Shown: positions 46,981 to 56,550 of the stretch, piece after piece | How the letters are laid out: every line of letters begins with the position of its first letter | Position numbering within the stretch: position 1 is the stretch's first letter | Assembly: GCA_002789955.1 (NCBI GenBank) | Contig: PFUG01000420.1 | Coordinates: 11,569 to 75,568, forward strand | From: Deltaproteobacteria bacterium CG_4_9_14_3_um_filter_63_12 | GTDB lineage: Bacteria; Myxococcota_A; Bradymonadia; UBA4248; UM-FILTER-63-12 | Direction of reading: 5' to 3' | Length of the DNA: 64,000 nucleotides | The notes under the pieces: generated by a model | Told to the model about the DNA's origin: nothing | The model's database searches: none | What the model saw: only the letters and a program-made list of their open reading frames with translations | Program-made: the position numbers and the translations under genes

Positions 46981-48396
46981 TTATTGGCATCCTGTTGAGA
47001 ACAAGGCGCCATTGACGCATGTCCCCGGGGACTGTTTGCGGGGATCCGCCACGACGTCAGTGATCAGAGAGGTGAACGGCACAAACGCCGTCCCAGTGAG
47101 GTCGGGGCTTCGCTGCAAAGATTGGTCTGAGGCGTCCGCATTCGAAGCCCACGTCGCGGTCCCGAGGGTGAAGGCCACCCCCTGTGCGTCGAAGATCGCG
47201 ACGGTGCTGCCGCCGTTGACGAGCCCGAGGGAGTCGACGACCACCAGCGCGTCGGCGAACTCAGGGCAACTCGGTGTTCCGCCACCAAAGAAAACCAAGG
47301 CTTGTTTCGGCCCAAGACACTGATCGGTGGTGAACGTGTACTTGCTTGCCCCCGCGACACCCAGCCGCACGCCTTTGAGGTTGACGTCCGACATCCCGAC
47401 GTTGACGACCTCGACGAATTCGTCCTTGGTCGACTCTTGCACGCCGTCGCAGTTGGCGTCGCCTCCGGCCTGTCCAGGTGTGGTGTTGCTGGCCATCGGA
47501 TCGAAAAGGACTTCATTGAGCACGAGGTCGTCGAGGGAGGGCGGATCGCAGGGTGGAGGGACGTCCACAGGCACATCGGTCACATCGGTCGCATCGGCGA
47601 CATCTGAGCTTACGTCGTCCCCGTCCACCGGGCTTGCGGGCATGCAGCCCTTGATGAGCTCCTCGCCGTTGATGCATTTGCCGGGGGAGGACCGAGTGGT
47701 TGAGACCTCGACGTGTTTCAGAAAGTCCCCAGTAAAGTCTGGGGCTCGCGTCCATGAGCTGTTTCCACTGCTCAAGGAAGGGACATTGACCACATCGAGC
47801 TGCGTGCCTGACAGGACCAAGCTGACCTGCGTACCGCTGTTGCTCAGAGAGAGTGACTTGGAGGAGACCAACGCTTGAGTGCCACCAAGGACGGTGCAGG
47901 CTGCTGTCCCACCAGAGTACAAAACCAACCCACGGGAAGGCTCCAAACACCCACTCAGCGTGTGCTTGGTCGTCCCATTGACCTGAACCTCGATTCCATC
48001 CAGGGACAAGACTCCGCTCGAGTTGTTGACGATCTCGATGAATTCATCCTGGAGATTGCTGGCGAGCCCATCGCAATTGGAATCGTCTGCGCCATTGAGC
48101 GGCGACGTGTGCACCTCATTGATGCGCAGTTCAGACTCCGTCACAGGCGGGACGCCCTGACAGTTCATGGCATCGACTCCATCAGGCAAATCGCCTGCTG
48201 CAGTGCCGTCAAATGCGGGGCGTTCTTCGCACTTGTTGAACACGCAGCGCATATTTATCGGACACTCCTCGTCCTCCGTGCACTGTCGTTGCGTGTCATC
48301 GCAACTCGTGAGCAACGTCGGCGTTGCGAGGAGGGCGAGAAGGAGCGAAAGGACGAGGGGGGATACCCTGTGCGCTTTGGTTTTGCCGTACTCTGT
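46981..48396 (-). CDS. Lipoprotein with two lamin-tail (LTD) domains (tandem paralog)
   Basis: ATG at 48396 with GAGGAG 6 nt upstream. MTEYGKTKAHRVSPLVLSLLLALLATPTLLTSC (lipobox). LRINEVHTSP...DEFIEIVN and LVLNEVLFDP...DEFVEVVN. Confidence 0.5.
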   Translation of the reverse strand, partial: TEYGKTKAHRVSPLVLSLLLALLATPTLLTSCDDTQRQCTEDEECPINMRCVFNKCEERPAFDGTAAGDLPDGVDAMNCQGVPPVTESELRINEVHTSPLNGADDSNCDGLASNLQDEFIEIVNNSSGVLSLDGIEVQVNGTTKHTLSGCLEPSRGLVLYSGGTAACTVLGGTQALVSSKSLSLSNSGTQVSLVLSGTQLDVVNVPSLSSGNSSWTRAPDFTGDFLKHVEVSTTRSSPGKCINGEELIKGCMPASPVDGDDVSSDVADATDVTDVPVDVPPPCDPPSLDDLVLNEVLFDPMASNTTPGQAGGDANCDGVQESTKDEFVEVVNVGMSDVNLKGVRLGVAGASKYTFTTDQCLGPKQALVFFGGGTPSCPEFADALVVVDSLGLVNGGSTVAIFDAQGVAFTLGTATWASNADASDQSLQRSPDLTGTAFVPFTSLITDVVADPRKQSPGTCVNGALFSTGCQ

Positions 48397-48606
48397 CATT
48401 TGGGTCTCCTCGAGCCCTGATTGCTTATGTCTTTCGCGAAACAAGTGTCGGCTTTGGTCGCGCCAACTTGCTCATCGGGTCACGAACAAAGGAGGTCTCA
48501 ATCCTCATGTTCGAGCCCAAACTGCGGGGCAGTGTAGCGGTGGGCACAACCCGGATCAATCTCCCCCTGAGAGGGAGCCGAGAACACCCCGAGGCCCCAA
48601 CTCCCT

Positions 48607-49842
48607 TCAAGAGGCCTTCTTGGTGTAGATAACTTCGGGCTTCTCCTCGCCACGCACGGCGCCACGGCTGATCACGACCTCACGGACGTTATCCAGTGAA
48701 GGCAGCTCGTACATGATGTCGAGCATCACTTCTTCAATAATTGCCCGGAGTCCCCGCGCGCCACTCTTACGCTCAATGGCCTTTTGCACGATCGCGAGCA
48801 TTGCGCCCTCGGTGATCGTGAGCTTCACGTTCTCGAGGTCGAAGAGCTTCTTGTACTGCTTCACGAGGCTGTTCTTGGGTTGCCAGAGAATCTGTACCAG
48901 AGCCGTCTCGTCGAGCTCGTCAAGAGCGACGACGACGGGCAGACGCCCGACGAACTCAGGGATGAGACCATATTTCGTCAGATCTTCGGTCTCTACCTGG
49001 TGAGTCAACGTGTTGAGTTTCTCGGGCTTCTTGGAGACGTCGGCGTTGAAGCCAATAGCGCTCTCGCCGAGTCGCCGTTGGATGATCTCCGTCAGTCCTG
49101 AAAATGAACCGCAGCAGATGAAGAGGATGTTCGTAGTGTCGACCTGGATGAACTCCTGTTGGGGGCGATTCCGGCTCCCTTCAGGGGGGATCATCACTTT
49201 TTCGGACTCGATCATCTTGAGCAGCGCCTGTTGGACTCCCTCGCCACCAACATCACGAGTCGAACTGGTGGCGTTGCCTTTTCGCGCGAGCTTGTCGATC
49301 TCATCGATGCACACGATGCCGCGAGCAGCCTTGTTTACATCCCGGCCGGCAGCAATCCACAGGTTTTTGATGACGTTCTCGACATCCTCCCCTACGTATC
49401 CAGCCTCCGTCAGGCTGGTCGCGTCAGCCATGGTAAAGGGGACGTCAAGGAGCTTTGCCAGGGTCTGAGCGAGCAGGGTCTTGCCGCTCCCGGTTGGGCC
49501 GATCATGAGGATGTTCCCCTTGCTCAGCTCGACTTCGTCCTCGGTCTCGTCTTGGCAATTGATGCGCTTGTAATGGTTGTAGACCGCAACGGAGATGACC
49601 TTCTTGGCTCGTTCTTGCCCGACGACGTGTTGGTCGAGATGGGCTTTGATGGTCTTGGGCCGCATCTCTCGCGCGGACAACTCGCTGGTGCCATCCCGCT
49701 GAAGATCCTCGGCAATGATCTCGTTGCAGAGCGTGACGCACTCATCGCAAATGTGGACCTTCGGTCCCGCAATGAGCTTTCTGACGTCTGAAGAGTCCTT
49801 ACCGCAGAACGAGCAGCGGACCTTTTCGGTTGGCCTCGGCAT
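48607..49842 (-). CDS. clpX: ATP-dependent Clp protease ATP-binding subunit ClpX
   Basis: N-terminal C4 zinc-binding domain CSFCGK...CDEC. Walker A GPTGSGKT. Full-length collinearity with ClpX, including the pore loop GYVGEDVE and the IGF-loop region. Confidence 0.9.
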   Translation of the reverse strand: MPRPTEKVRCSFCGKDSSDVRKLIAGPKVHICDECVTLCNEIIAEDLQRDGTSELSAREMRPKTIKAHLDQHVVGQERAKKVISVAVYNHYKRINCQDETEDEVELSKGNILMIGPTGSGKTLLAQTLAKLLDVPFTMADATSLTEAGYVGEDVENVIKNLWIAAGRDVNKAARGIVCIDEIDKLARKGNATSSTRDVGGEGVQQALLKMIESEKVMIPPEGSRNRPQQEFIQVDTTNILFICCGSFSGLTEIIQRRLGESAIGFNADVSKKPEKLNTLTHQVETEDLTKYGLIPEFVGRLPVVVALDELDETALVQILWQPKNSLVKQYKKLFDLENVKLTITEGAMLAIVQKAIERKSGARGLRAIIEEVMLDIMYELPSLDNVREVVISRGAVRGEEKPEVIYTKKAS

Positions 49843-50081
49843 CTAAATCCAGACTTTCGCTATCGAAGGTTTATGCCCAGTGGACTGGCCTACAGGAGCG
49901 TTAGCCACTGAAGGCGCCACCAAATTCCAACGCATCACTGAACGCTCGAATTGGCGACGGACGGTTCATCAATAGTGCCCGTCCATCCCCAATGTCAATG
50001 ACCGTTCAATGTCCAGCTTCCTCGATTCGCCCGATGGGATCAACGTCATTCTGGCGTCCCCATTGGGCTCCAGCTTGCCAA

Positions 50082-52889
50082 CTATGGGGTCACGACGCTC
50101 GTCAGAACCTGCCCAAAAGGCGCAACGAGCAGCGCCCGCCCACTGTCGATCGACAGCCCTCCGACGAGGTTCCCACGCAAGTCAATGAGGGTCTCCCCGA
50201 CCGTCGTCCCGAGATCGGGGCTGAAGACGATGATGCCATTCGGAGCGGCTGCGATCACATTCTGGCCATCGACCTGCACCATTGTCAGATTCGCGGTGGA
50301 GCCCGTCTCGATCTTGGTCCACGTCGTCCCGCCGTCTTCGCTCTTGTACATGGCTCCAGCGTCCCCAACAGCGATGCCAACGCTCCCATCCCAGTCCCAA
50401 GCCTTGAGGCTCGCGATCGGGGTTTCGAGGGTACCATTGAACACGGGTGTATCGGGCGTCAGTCCATCGGTCCAGGTCGCGCCGTCGTCCGTGGACTGGT
50501 AGATCAAACTGCCAGCCCCGGCGCCATCCGTTAGGATGAGCACGTTCGTCCCGTCGTATTCGAGTTCGCGAATGCTGTGATTGGTCCCAAGAGGCAGCAG
50601 AACGGTTGCCCAGGTCCCCCCACTTTTCCACGAGCCTGTGGTGTCGGCATCCCCCCTGACGACCTCGCCATTGTTCGTCCCCATCATCGCCTCTACACCG
50701 GCCAGGACTACTGTGGTGCCCTCTCCAGTCTTGCCGGTGATGTTACACATGGAGCCAGAAGCGCAGTTGATCGGCACGCTGTACATGGTGCCATCGGTGC
50801 CAATGGTCAAGACAATGACCGACACCGAGATCGCGTTCGAACCGACCACCAACGCGGTGGGCTCGACGCCGGCCTCGAACGCCGTGTCGTTGTAGGTGTC
50901 CAGAAGACCAATGTTGCCAGGCTGCCAGGAGAGGCCGGCGTCCGAGGTCCGCAAAATCTCTTCGGTCTCACCAGCTATGATCCCCACGTCGCCCGAGAGT
51001 GCGGGACGGTGCAGCTTCACATTGCGCGTGGTGGCTGTGGTGTCGGCGAGATTCCAAGTAACTCCGTCGTCCGCAGACCGCAGCAGAAACTCTTCCGGCC
51101 CGCCCCCGCTCAGGAGCAAGTCCCCTTGCTCGTAGAGCCAAGTCAGCTCATTGCGAGCATAGGTCAAACCCCTCTTTGTGTAGGTCTGCGGGGTCCCATC
51201 GACGGTCTGCATGACGCGCCCAAATCCAGCATTGCTCCCATAGAGCAATGCTTCGCTGCCGATCAAATGCACTCCCACCAGCGAGTCGCCTTCGATGATG
51301 CTCACGGGATCAGCGGCAGTCCCAACGCTTCGTCGGAAGACGAATTGAGAACCGGAAAGCAGGACGATCGAGTCGCCGCTCACTGAGATGCTGGTCCAGT
51401 CCAGAGCCGGAACGTCTGCGACGGGTGTCCAAGAGAGCCCCTCGTTCTCCGTGTAGGCCAAAAACCCTGTACCTCCGGCGTAAATTCGGGCGCCATCGGC
51501 AACGAGGAAGCGGACCGTGCCGTTCGCTGGCTTGGTGGGCGTGGTGATCAAGTCGCCCGCGTTGTCGGATCGCAAGATGTTTCCACTCCCAGAGTCCGGA
51601 CCCGCCATGAGGATGAACTGCCCTTCGACCAACACGGTCTCGAGAAGTGCGCCGTTGACCGACGACGAGAGGTCAGTCCAGATCGCTCCAGCGTCGGTGC
51701 TGCGGAGGAACACACCGTGTCCAACCATGACGAAGAGGTCCCCGTCCCCAGCGGCCGCAAGCGGCGTCCCCACACCCAGCGGGAGAAGGACGAGCTGCCA
51801 AGTCAAACCTTTGTCGGTGGAGCGAACGACGCTGCCCGTCTCATCGATGGCGACCACCACATTGCTGCCGTTGTTGCTGACGTGAATGACCTTGCCCGTG
51901 AGCGGCGTGGGAATGGGGTACCAAGTGCTGCCGTCATCCTCACTCCGATACACGAGACCGCCGCTGGAACCGAGGTAGCCGATCCCGTTGGCGGCGAAGT
52001 TGGCGGTCGTGAAGGGGTAATAAGAATCCGTCCAACACTCACCGAGGGCACAGACCTTCTCGCAGCCATCCGCCCACTGCCCATTGGCGTCACGCCGACC
52101 TGGCTGACAAGCGACGATGGCACAGTAGCTCCCACCGCAATGCGACACCTCCACACCGGCGAGAGCTGTGCAGTCGATGCCGCATGTCGCGCCACAGATG
52201 CCATCGTCGTAGGGCTGCTCACAGCCGTCCGCAGGGTCCCCGTCACAATCCAACCAGCCCCAGTCACACACACTTATGGCACAGGTTTGACCCGTACATT
52301 GGGCCGATGAGACGTTGGAGAGACTGGTGCAGTCCAAGCACGCCCCCGCTACTCCACAGACTGTGGGTCCGGACGCCGCTTCGCAGCCGTTCTGCAAGTT
52401 CCCATCGCAGTCGATGCGCCCTGAGTTGCAATCCAGCACGCAAGCGCTCGCTGAACAGGCGCCTCCAAGCGAATTCGGTCGGTCCAAACAGCTCGTGCAC
52501 TCTGGACCGCAAGCATCGTCGGACTCTGGGTTCTCGCAACCGTCGGAGATCTCGCCGTTGCAGTTCGCGAATCCGTCGGAACATGCGCTGATTCCACACC
52601 CCCCCGCCACACAGGTGGCGTCGCCCACATGGCTCAGCGCGGTGCAGTCGGTGCAGGCCGCACCGCACGCCGCGGGATCGGAGTCCCCGCATTGGCTGGT
52701 CTCGGTTTCCTGAACATCCTCGGGTGTGTCCACTGTGACGTCTTCCACGACATCGGGGAGGCCAGTGCTCTGATCGAGACCCTCGATGGCCGCCGGGTCC
52801 TCCCCCAAGATGCAGCCCGAAAGCAGCGCCGAAGCAAACAGCAAAGCCGCGAGAGCTCGCGTGATTGAACGAATATCTCTGCTCCCCAT
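50082..52889 (-). CDS. Large surface lipoprotein with N-terminal cysteine-rich repeats and a multi-blade BNR/Asp-box beta-propeller region
   Basis: Signal + lipobox LLFASALLSGC. Four or five about 40-aa Cys-rich repeats (CG.SDPAACGAACTDCTAL...; ACVLDCNSGRIDCDGNLQNGCE...) resembling the Myxococcus cysteine-rich repeat. At least seven S-x-D-x-G-x-T-W motifs follow (YRSEDDGSTWYPI, VRSTDKGLTWQLV, LRSTDAGAIWTDL, YTENEGLSWTPV, LRSADDGVTWNL, YQSTDDGATWTDG, YKSEDGGTTWTKI). Confidence 0.55.
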   Translation of the reverse strand: MGSRDIRSITRALAALLFASALLSGCILGEDPAAIEGLDQSTGLPDVVEDVTVDTPEDVQETETSQCGDSDPAACGAACTDCTALSHVGDATCVAGGCGISACSDGFANCNGEISDGCENPESDDACGPECTSCLDRPNSLGGACSASACVLDCNSGRIDCDGNLQNGCEAASGPTVCGVAGACLDCTSLSNVSSAQCTGQTCAISVCDWGWLDCDGDPADGCEQPYDDGICGATCGIDCTALAGVEVSHCGGSYCAIVACQPGRRDANGQWADGCEKVCALGECWTDSYYPFTTANFAANGIGYLGSSGGLVYRSEDDGSTWYPIPTPLTGKVIHVSNNGSNVVVAIDETGSVVRSTDKGLTWQLVLLPLGVGTPLAAAGDGDLFVMVGHGVFLRSTDAGAIWTDLSSSVNGALLETVLVEGQFILMAGPDSGSGNILRSDNAGDLITTPTKPANGTVRFLVADGARIYAGGTGFLAYTENEGLSWTPVADVPALDWTSISVSGDSIVLLSGSQFVFRRSVGTAADPVSIIEGDSLVGVHLIGSEALLYGSNAGFGRVMQTVDGTPQTYTKRGLTYARNELTWLYEQGDLLLSGGGPEEFLLRSADDGVTWNLADTTATTRNVKLHRPALSGDVGIIAGETEEILRTSDAGLSWQPGNIGLLDTYNDTAFEAGVEPTALVVGSNAISVSVIVLTIGTDGTMYSVPINCASGSMCNITGKTGEGTTVVLAGVEAMMGTNNGEVVRGDADTTGSWKSGGTWATVLLPLGTNHSIRELEYDGTNVLILTDGAGAGSLIYQSTDDGATWTDGLTPDTPVFNGTLETPIASLKAWDWDGSVGIAVGDAGAMYKSEDGGTTWTKIETGSTANLTMVQVDGQNVIAAAPNGIIVFSPDLGTTVGETLIDLRGNLVGGLSIDSGRALLVAPFGQVLTSVVTP

Positions 52890-52905
52890 GCCATCCTCCT
52901 AGTGA

Positions 52906-52979
52906 ACCCAGAACGCGATCGCGCGTAGGCACGCTGCTGGCTCGCTTCGAGACCGCTCGGCGCCGAGTAGCGCGCGAAA
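52906..52979 (-). repeat. Copy D (inverted orientation) of the palindromic intergenic repeat family
   Basis: The plus strand reads gatcgcgcgtaggcacgctgctggctcgcttcgagaccgctcggcgccgagtagcgcgcgaaatccgattgg, the reverse complement of the copy A/B/C consensus. It lies between the lipoprotein start (52889) and the Nif3 stop (53056). Confidence 0.75.
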
Positions 52980-53055
52980 TCCGATTGGCGAAGTATAGAG
53001 CGCCCCTGCGAAGCGGGTCAATGGCGCTCCCAGCCCCATTCCTCGCGTGCAGGCC

Positions 53056-53811
53056 CTAGATCGGGTTCGAAACCTCGAAAAAGCGCACCTCGAGACCGTA
53101 CTCTGCTGCGATGTGTTCGCCCAGCGCTCGCACACCGAAGACCTCGGTCCGATGATGACCGGCAGCCACGAAGTGCACCCCGAGTTCTTGGGAGACGGCC
53201 ATCGAATCCTCTTGTGCCTCCCCCGTTAGGTAGAGATCCAGCCGCGCCTTGTGGGCTTCCTCCACCATTCGCGCGGCACCTCCGCTGACGATCCCGACCG
53301 TCTCGACCAGCTTCGGGCCGTGGAGAAAAGCGGCCGTGAGCCCACCGCATAGGGTGAGAATCATCGAGCGCACCTCCTCGGCGGGCAGAGCCCTCGGCAT
53401 TCTGCCCCAACAGCCCACAGGTACGCCGTTGACTGGGGCAAAGGGTTGCACGTCCTGCAGCTCCATCGCCCTGGCCAAACACGCGTTGTTGCCGACCTTT
53501 GGGTGTGCATCCAAGGGTAGGTGATAGGCCGCGACGTTCAACTCCGCCGCCAGAATCGACGCCATCCGTGCACGCCGATAGCCGAGTAGGCTCTGAGGAG
53601 ATTGCGTCCAGAAAAAGCCGTGATGGACCAACAGAAGGTCCGCCTCCCACTCGATGGCGCGCTCGATGACATCTTGGGTGATGCTGACCGCCGCAGCGAC
53701 ACGCTCAACGCTCTGCTTCCCTTCGATCTGCAAGCCGTTGACGCAGTAGTCCTTGAACGTGTCTACGGCGAGGGTGTCGTTCAGAGCCTCTATGAGAATG
53801 TCTCGACGCAT
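53056..53811 (-). CDS. Nif3-family dinuclear-metal-centre protein (YqfO/YbgI-like)
   Basis: 251 aa. NGLQIEG...LLLVHHGFFW...YHLPLDAH...GGAA and C-terminal VAAGHH are the conserved Nif3 metal-ligand blocks. Confidence 0.7.
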   Translation of the reverse strand: MRRDILIEALNDTLAVDTFKDYCVNGLQIEGKQSVERVAAAVSITQDVIERAIEWEADLLLVHHGFFWTQSPQSLLGYRRARMASILAAELNVAAYHLPLDAHPKVGNNACLARAMELQDVQPFAPVNGVPVGCWGRMPRALPAEEVRSMILTLCGGLTAAFLHGPKLVETVGIVSGGAARMVEEAHKARLDLYLTGEAQEDSMAVSQELGVHFVAAGHHRTEVFGVRALGEHIAAEYGLEVRFFEVSNPI

Positions 53812-53822
53812 CGATGTCCTTG

Positions 53823-55037
53823 TCAGCGCGATACTCGACCGCTGAGCTCACGTACACGTCGTGCAGCGCTCTCGAGGAAGACCCAGAGCAGTTTGTTCGC
53901 CAGCACGGGATCTTGCTGGGTCAGCTTGTAGAAGTCCCCTTGGTCAATCCGGAGCAGAGTGACATTCTCTCTAGCAAACGCCGAGGCTGAGCGCGGCGAC
54001 TTGTCGACCAAGGCTAGCTCGCCAAAGTGCCCCCCCTCTGGGATGACCGTCAGCTCGACACCCTTGAGTGAGACGGTCACTGCGCCCTCGGCTACGACGT
54101 AGAGGCAGTTGCCGGCTGTCCCTTCGGCGATAATGCAGGCGCCAGCCTGGTGAGACTCTTCGTACACGATGCGCAGAACTCGGGTGAGTTCTTGGTCGTT
54201 GAGGAGCCGGAACAGCTCGATGTTCGAGAACAGCGTCAGTCTTGCGGTGAAATCGATGGAGTGAGTGTCCGACTCGGGGCTCTCGTCTATGGAGATCGCC
54301 ACGGCCGTCGCGTTGTCTGGAGCGCCGCGCTCCTTCGCCAGCTCGACCAACTTGTCGACTAGGTGGGCGGGCCCGTCGTAGTGGCCGATGCTGAGCATCT
54401 CCACGGGCTTGATCAGGTCGCTGACCCCATCCGAGCACAACAGGTAGATGTCGTTGGGGAGCAGATCGACGAACAACGTGTCCGTTTGCACCGTAGGCTC
54501 AGAGCCAATCGAACGGCTGATGATGTGCTTGTAGGGGAACTTGTCGTAGTCCTCGGGCTTTAGTTTGCCTGCGTTCACCAGCCGCTGAAAGAAGCTGTGG
54601 TCTTCTGTCAGCTGGTAGATCTTGTCACGGCGGATCAAATAGATCCGTGAGTCTCCGACGTGACCGATAAACCCGGACGAGTCGAGAAAGGCGAGCATGA
54701 CGCCTGTGGTGGCCATGCCCGTGAGCTCAGGTTCGTGCTGGGTCGTCCCGAAGATCTCGTTGCTGCACTGGTCGAAGATCCGCGCGATCTGTTGCAGGAT
54801 CTGGGTCCGCAGGTCTTTGTCTTTGGCCGATCGATAGTCGGCGAAGGTCTGAGCGAGGCGTGCCCCTTCATGGGAGATGATTCTCGCCGCGGTCGCGCTG
54901 GCGCGATCCCCGCCTGCCTTCCCGCCACAGCCGTCGCAGACCGCAAACACGCCGTTGTCTTGCAGAACGACGAAGGAGTCCTCATTTCGCTCTCGAACAC
55001 ACCCGACGTCTGTTCGATGCCAACTTCGGAAGTGCAT
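53823..55037 (-). CDS. PP2C-family Ser/Thr phosphatase fused to a C-terminal cyclic-nucleotide-binding domain
   Basis: PP2C motifs RERNEDSF, AVCDGCGGKAGGDRAS and LLCSDGVSD. The C-terminal about 120 aa carry GGHFGELALVDKSPRSASAFARENVTLLRI, a CAP-family cNMP-binding beta-roll with the phosphate-binding cassette. Start chosen at the ATG at 55037 to avoid overlap with the upstream cyclase gene. Confidence 0.7.
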   Translation of the reverse strand: MHFRSWHRTDVGCVRERNEDSFVVLQDNGVFAVCDGCGGKAGGDRASATAARIISHEGARLAQTFADYRSAKDKDLRTQILQQIARIFDQCSNEIFGTTQHEPELTGMATTGVMLAFLDSSGFIGHVGDSRIYLIRRDKIYQLTEDHSFFQRLVNAGKLKPEDYDKFPYKHIISRSIGSEPTVQTDTLFVDLLPNDIYLLCSDGVSDLIKPVEMLSIGHYDGPAHLVDKLVELAKERGAPDNATAVAISIDESPESDTHSIDFTARLTLFSNIELFRLLNDQELTRVLRIVYEESHQAGACIIAEGTAGNCLYVVAEGAVTVSLKGVELTVIPEGGHFGELALVDKSPRSASAFARENVTLLRIDQGDFYKLTQQDPVLANKLLWVFLESAARRVRELSGRVSR

Positions 55038-55068
55038 GTCTTCTCCCCAATCGAGTTCGGTGGGCGCC

Positions 55069-56547
55069 TCAGTCTGAATCCGATTCCGTTTGGTGAGCCA
55101 CCAAGGGGTCAACACGACCCGCCCGACCTGCACCCAAAGGACGGAAGATCATGATGGGTCGGCTCACGTTCTTCAACGTTCTACGCCCGACCCGTTCCAA
55201 CTCCAGATGCTCTCGAACCCGCTCCGCTGTTGACTCACTCAGGAGTATATCCCCTTCTTTGGCGAGTCCAGCGACTCGTGCGGCTATGTTAGTCGTTGGC
55301 CCCGTGGCGGTGTACGTATACCGCTCTCCCGTTAGCCCCACGAAGCGATTGAGACCGACGAAGGCTTTGCCACTGTTGATGCCGATATTGACCGACACCG
55401 GCTGCTCGCCTTCCTCCAGCTCGGCGTTGATATTGGCTCCTCCTTCCAGGATCTCCAGCGCTGCTTCGACCGCATCGAGCGCATGCCCCACCGGGGCGTT
55501 CTCTTGGAAAATCACCATGAGCCCGTCGCCGGCGGTCTCGTTGACCTGCCCTCGATGGCGGTGAATCACTTCGAGGAAGCGCGAGAAATAACGTTCGAGG
55601 ATTCTCCCCAGAGACTCCCCTTCGACGATCTCGCTCATTCGCGTATAGCCACCAAGATCCAGGAACATGACGCTGACGTCGCACTCTTTGCGCTGCAGAC
55701 TGCTGGCGTCAGGGTTGCGTTCGAGCTCCCTGCGGACGTTCTCTGGCACGAACTTGGCGAACATGTCGGTCACCTCCATCAACTCCTTCTGGAGGAGGAC
55801 GGTCTGGCTAAACGCCACGGTTCGTCGGCGGTAGAGGTAGAACGTGTAGAGGAGGAGGAATCCCAAAAGGACGCTCACGCCGATCACCGCGAACATGACC
55901 GAGTCCGACTTCTTCAGGAGATCGGCGTAGACCATGTCGATGGCCAAAACGCCCTTAACCTCTCCCTCCGCATCGTAGACCGGCGCGTAACCCGTAACCA
56001 GCACACCCCATGGAGGATCCGGCTCGGGGATCATCCGGGCTGAACTGTGCTCGAGACCAAGGAGCATGACCTCGTGAAACTGGCGCGCATGATAGGGATC
56101 GCCAGGCAGAGTAGCGACCTCGTCGCTGTCCAGCACTCCGTTCCCGTCGCGGTCGAGGCTGAAGGGCTCTGCGTCGACAAGGTACTCCCAGAGGTCTCCA
56201 GGTCCTACGTAGCGCATCGTGTAGACCCAAGTGAAACCCGGGGAGGTCGAGCGGATGCGGGACAACGTCGATTGGATACGGTGAAATTCGGGCTTGCTCA
56301 TGTCGGAGCGGTCGGTGATGGCCTCCAGGTCCTCCCCTCGAACCTGGCTTGCTCCCAGCAACGCAGCGGTCCGCAGCTGCTGATCGGCCTCGCGGATCAG
56401 CACATCGTTGGTCAGGGTGATGATCCAGACGTCGAGAGCACCCAAGACCACCGCGATCACCACACCGGCAAGAACAACAGGCAGCCATCGGCGTGTCGAA
56501 TGCCTCGAGACCGTGGACCTTGCCGTTTCCGCTTCGTTCGGCATCAA
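55069..56547 (-). CDS. Membrane-anchored class III adenylate/guanylate cyclase with a periplasmic sensor domain
   Basis: TM1 (LPVVLAGVVIAVVLGAL), about 170-aa extracytoplasmic segment, TM2 (VMFAVIGVSVLLGFLLLYTFYLY). CHD catalytic domain with VMFLDLGGYT (metal Asp), ETAGDGLMVIF, GINSGKAFVG and TGPTTNIAARV. Confidence 0.75.
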   Translation of the reverse strand: MMPNEAETARSTVSRHSTRRWLPVVLAGVVIAVVLGALDVWIITLTNDVLIREADQQLRTAALLGASQVRGEDLEAITDRSDMSKPEFHRIQSTLSRIRSTSPGFTWVYTMRYVGPGDLWEYLVDAEPFSLDRDGNGVLDSDEVATLPGDPYHARQFHEVMLLGLEHSSARMIPEPDPPWGVLVTGYAPVYDAEGEVKGVLAIDMVYADLLKKSDSVMFAVIGVSVLLGFLLLYTFYLYRRRTVAFSQTVLLQKELMEVTDMFAKFVPENVRRELERNPDASSLQRKECDVSVMFLDLGGYTRMSEIVEGESLGRILERYFSRFLEVIHRHRGQVNETAGDGLMVIFQENAPVGHALDAVEAALEILEGGANINAELEEGEQPVSVNIGINSGKAFVGLNRFVGLTGERYTYTATGPTTNIAARVAGLAKEGDILLSESTAERVREHLELERVGRRTLKNVSRPIMIFRPLGAGRAGRVDPLVAHQTESDSD

Positions 56548-56550
56548 GCG

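Noticed and set aside
48558-48578. Short hairpin CTCCC-cctgaga-GGGAG downstream of clpX
   Set aside because: It has a 5-bp stem and no T-run, so it is too weak to call a terminator.
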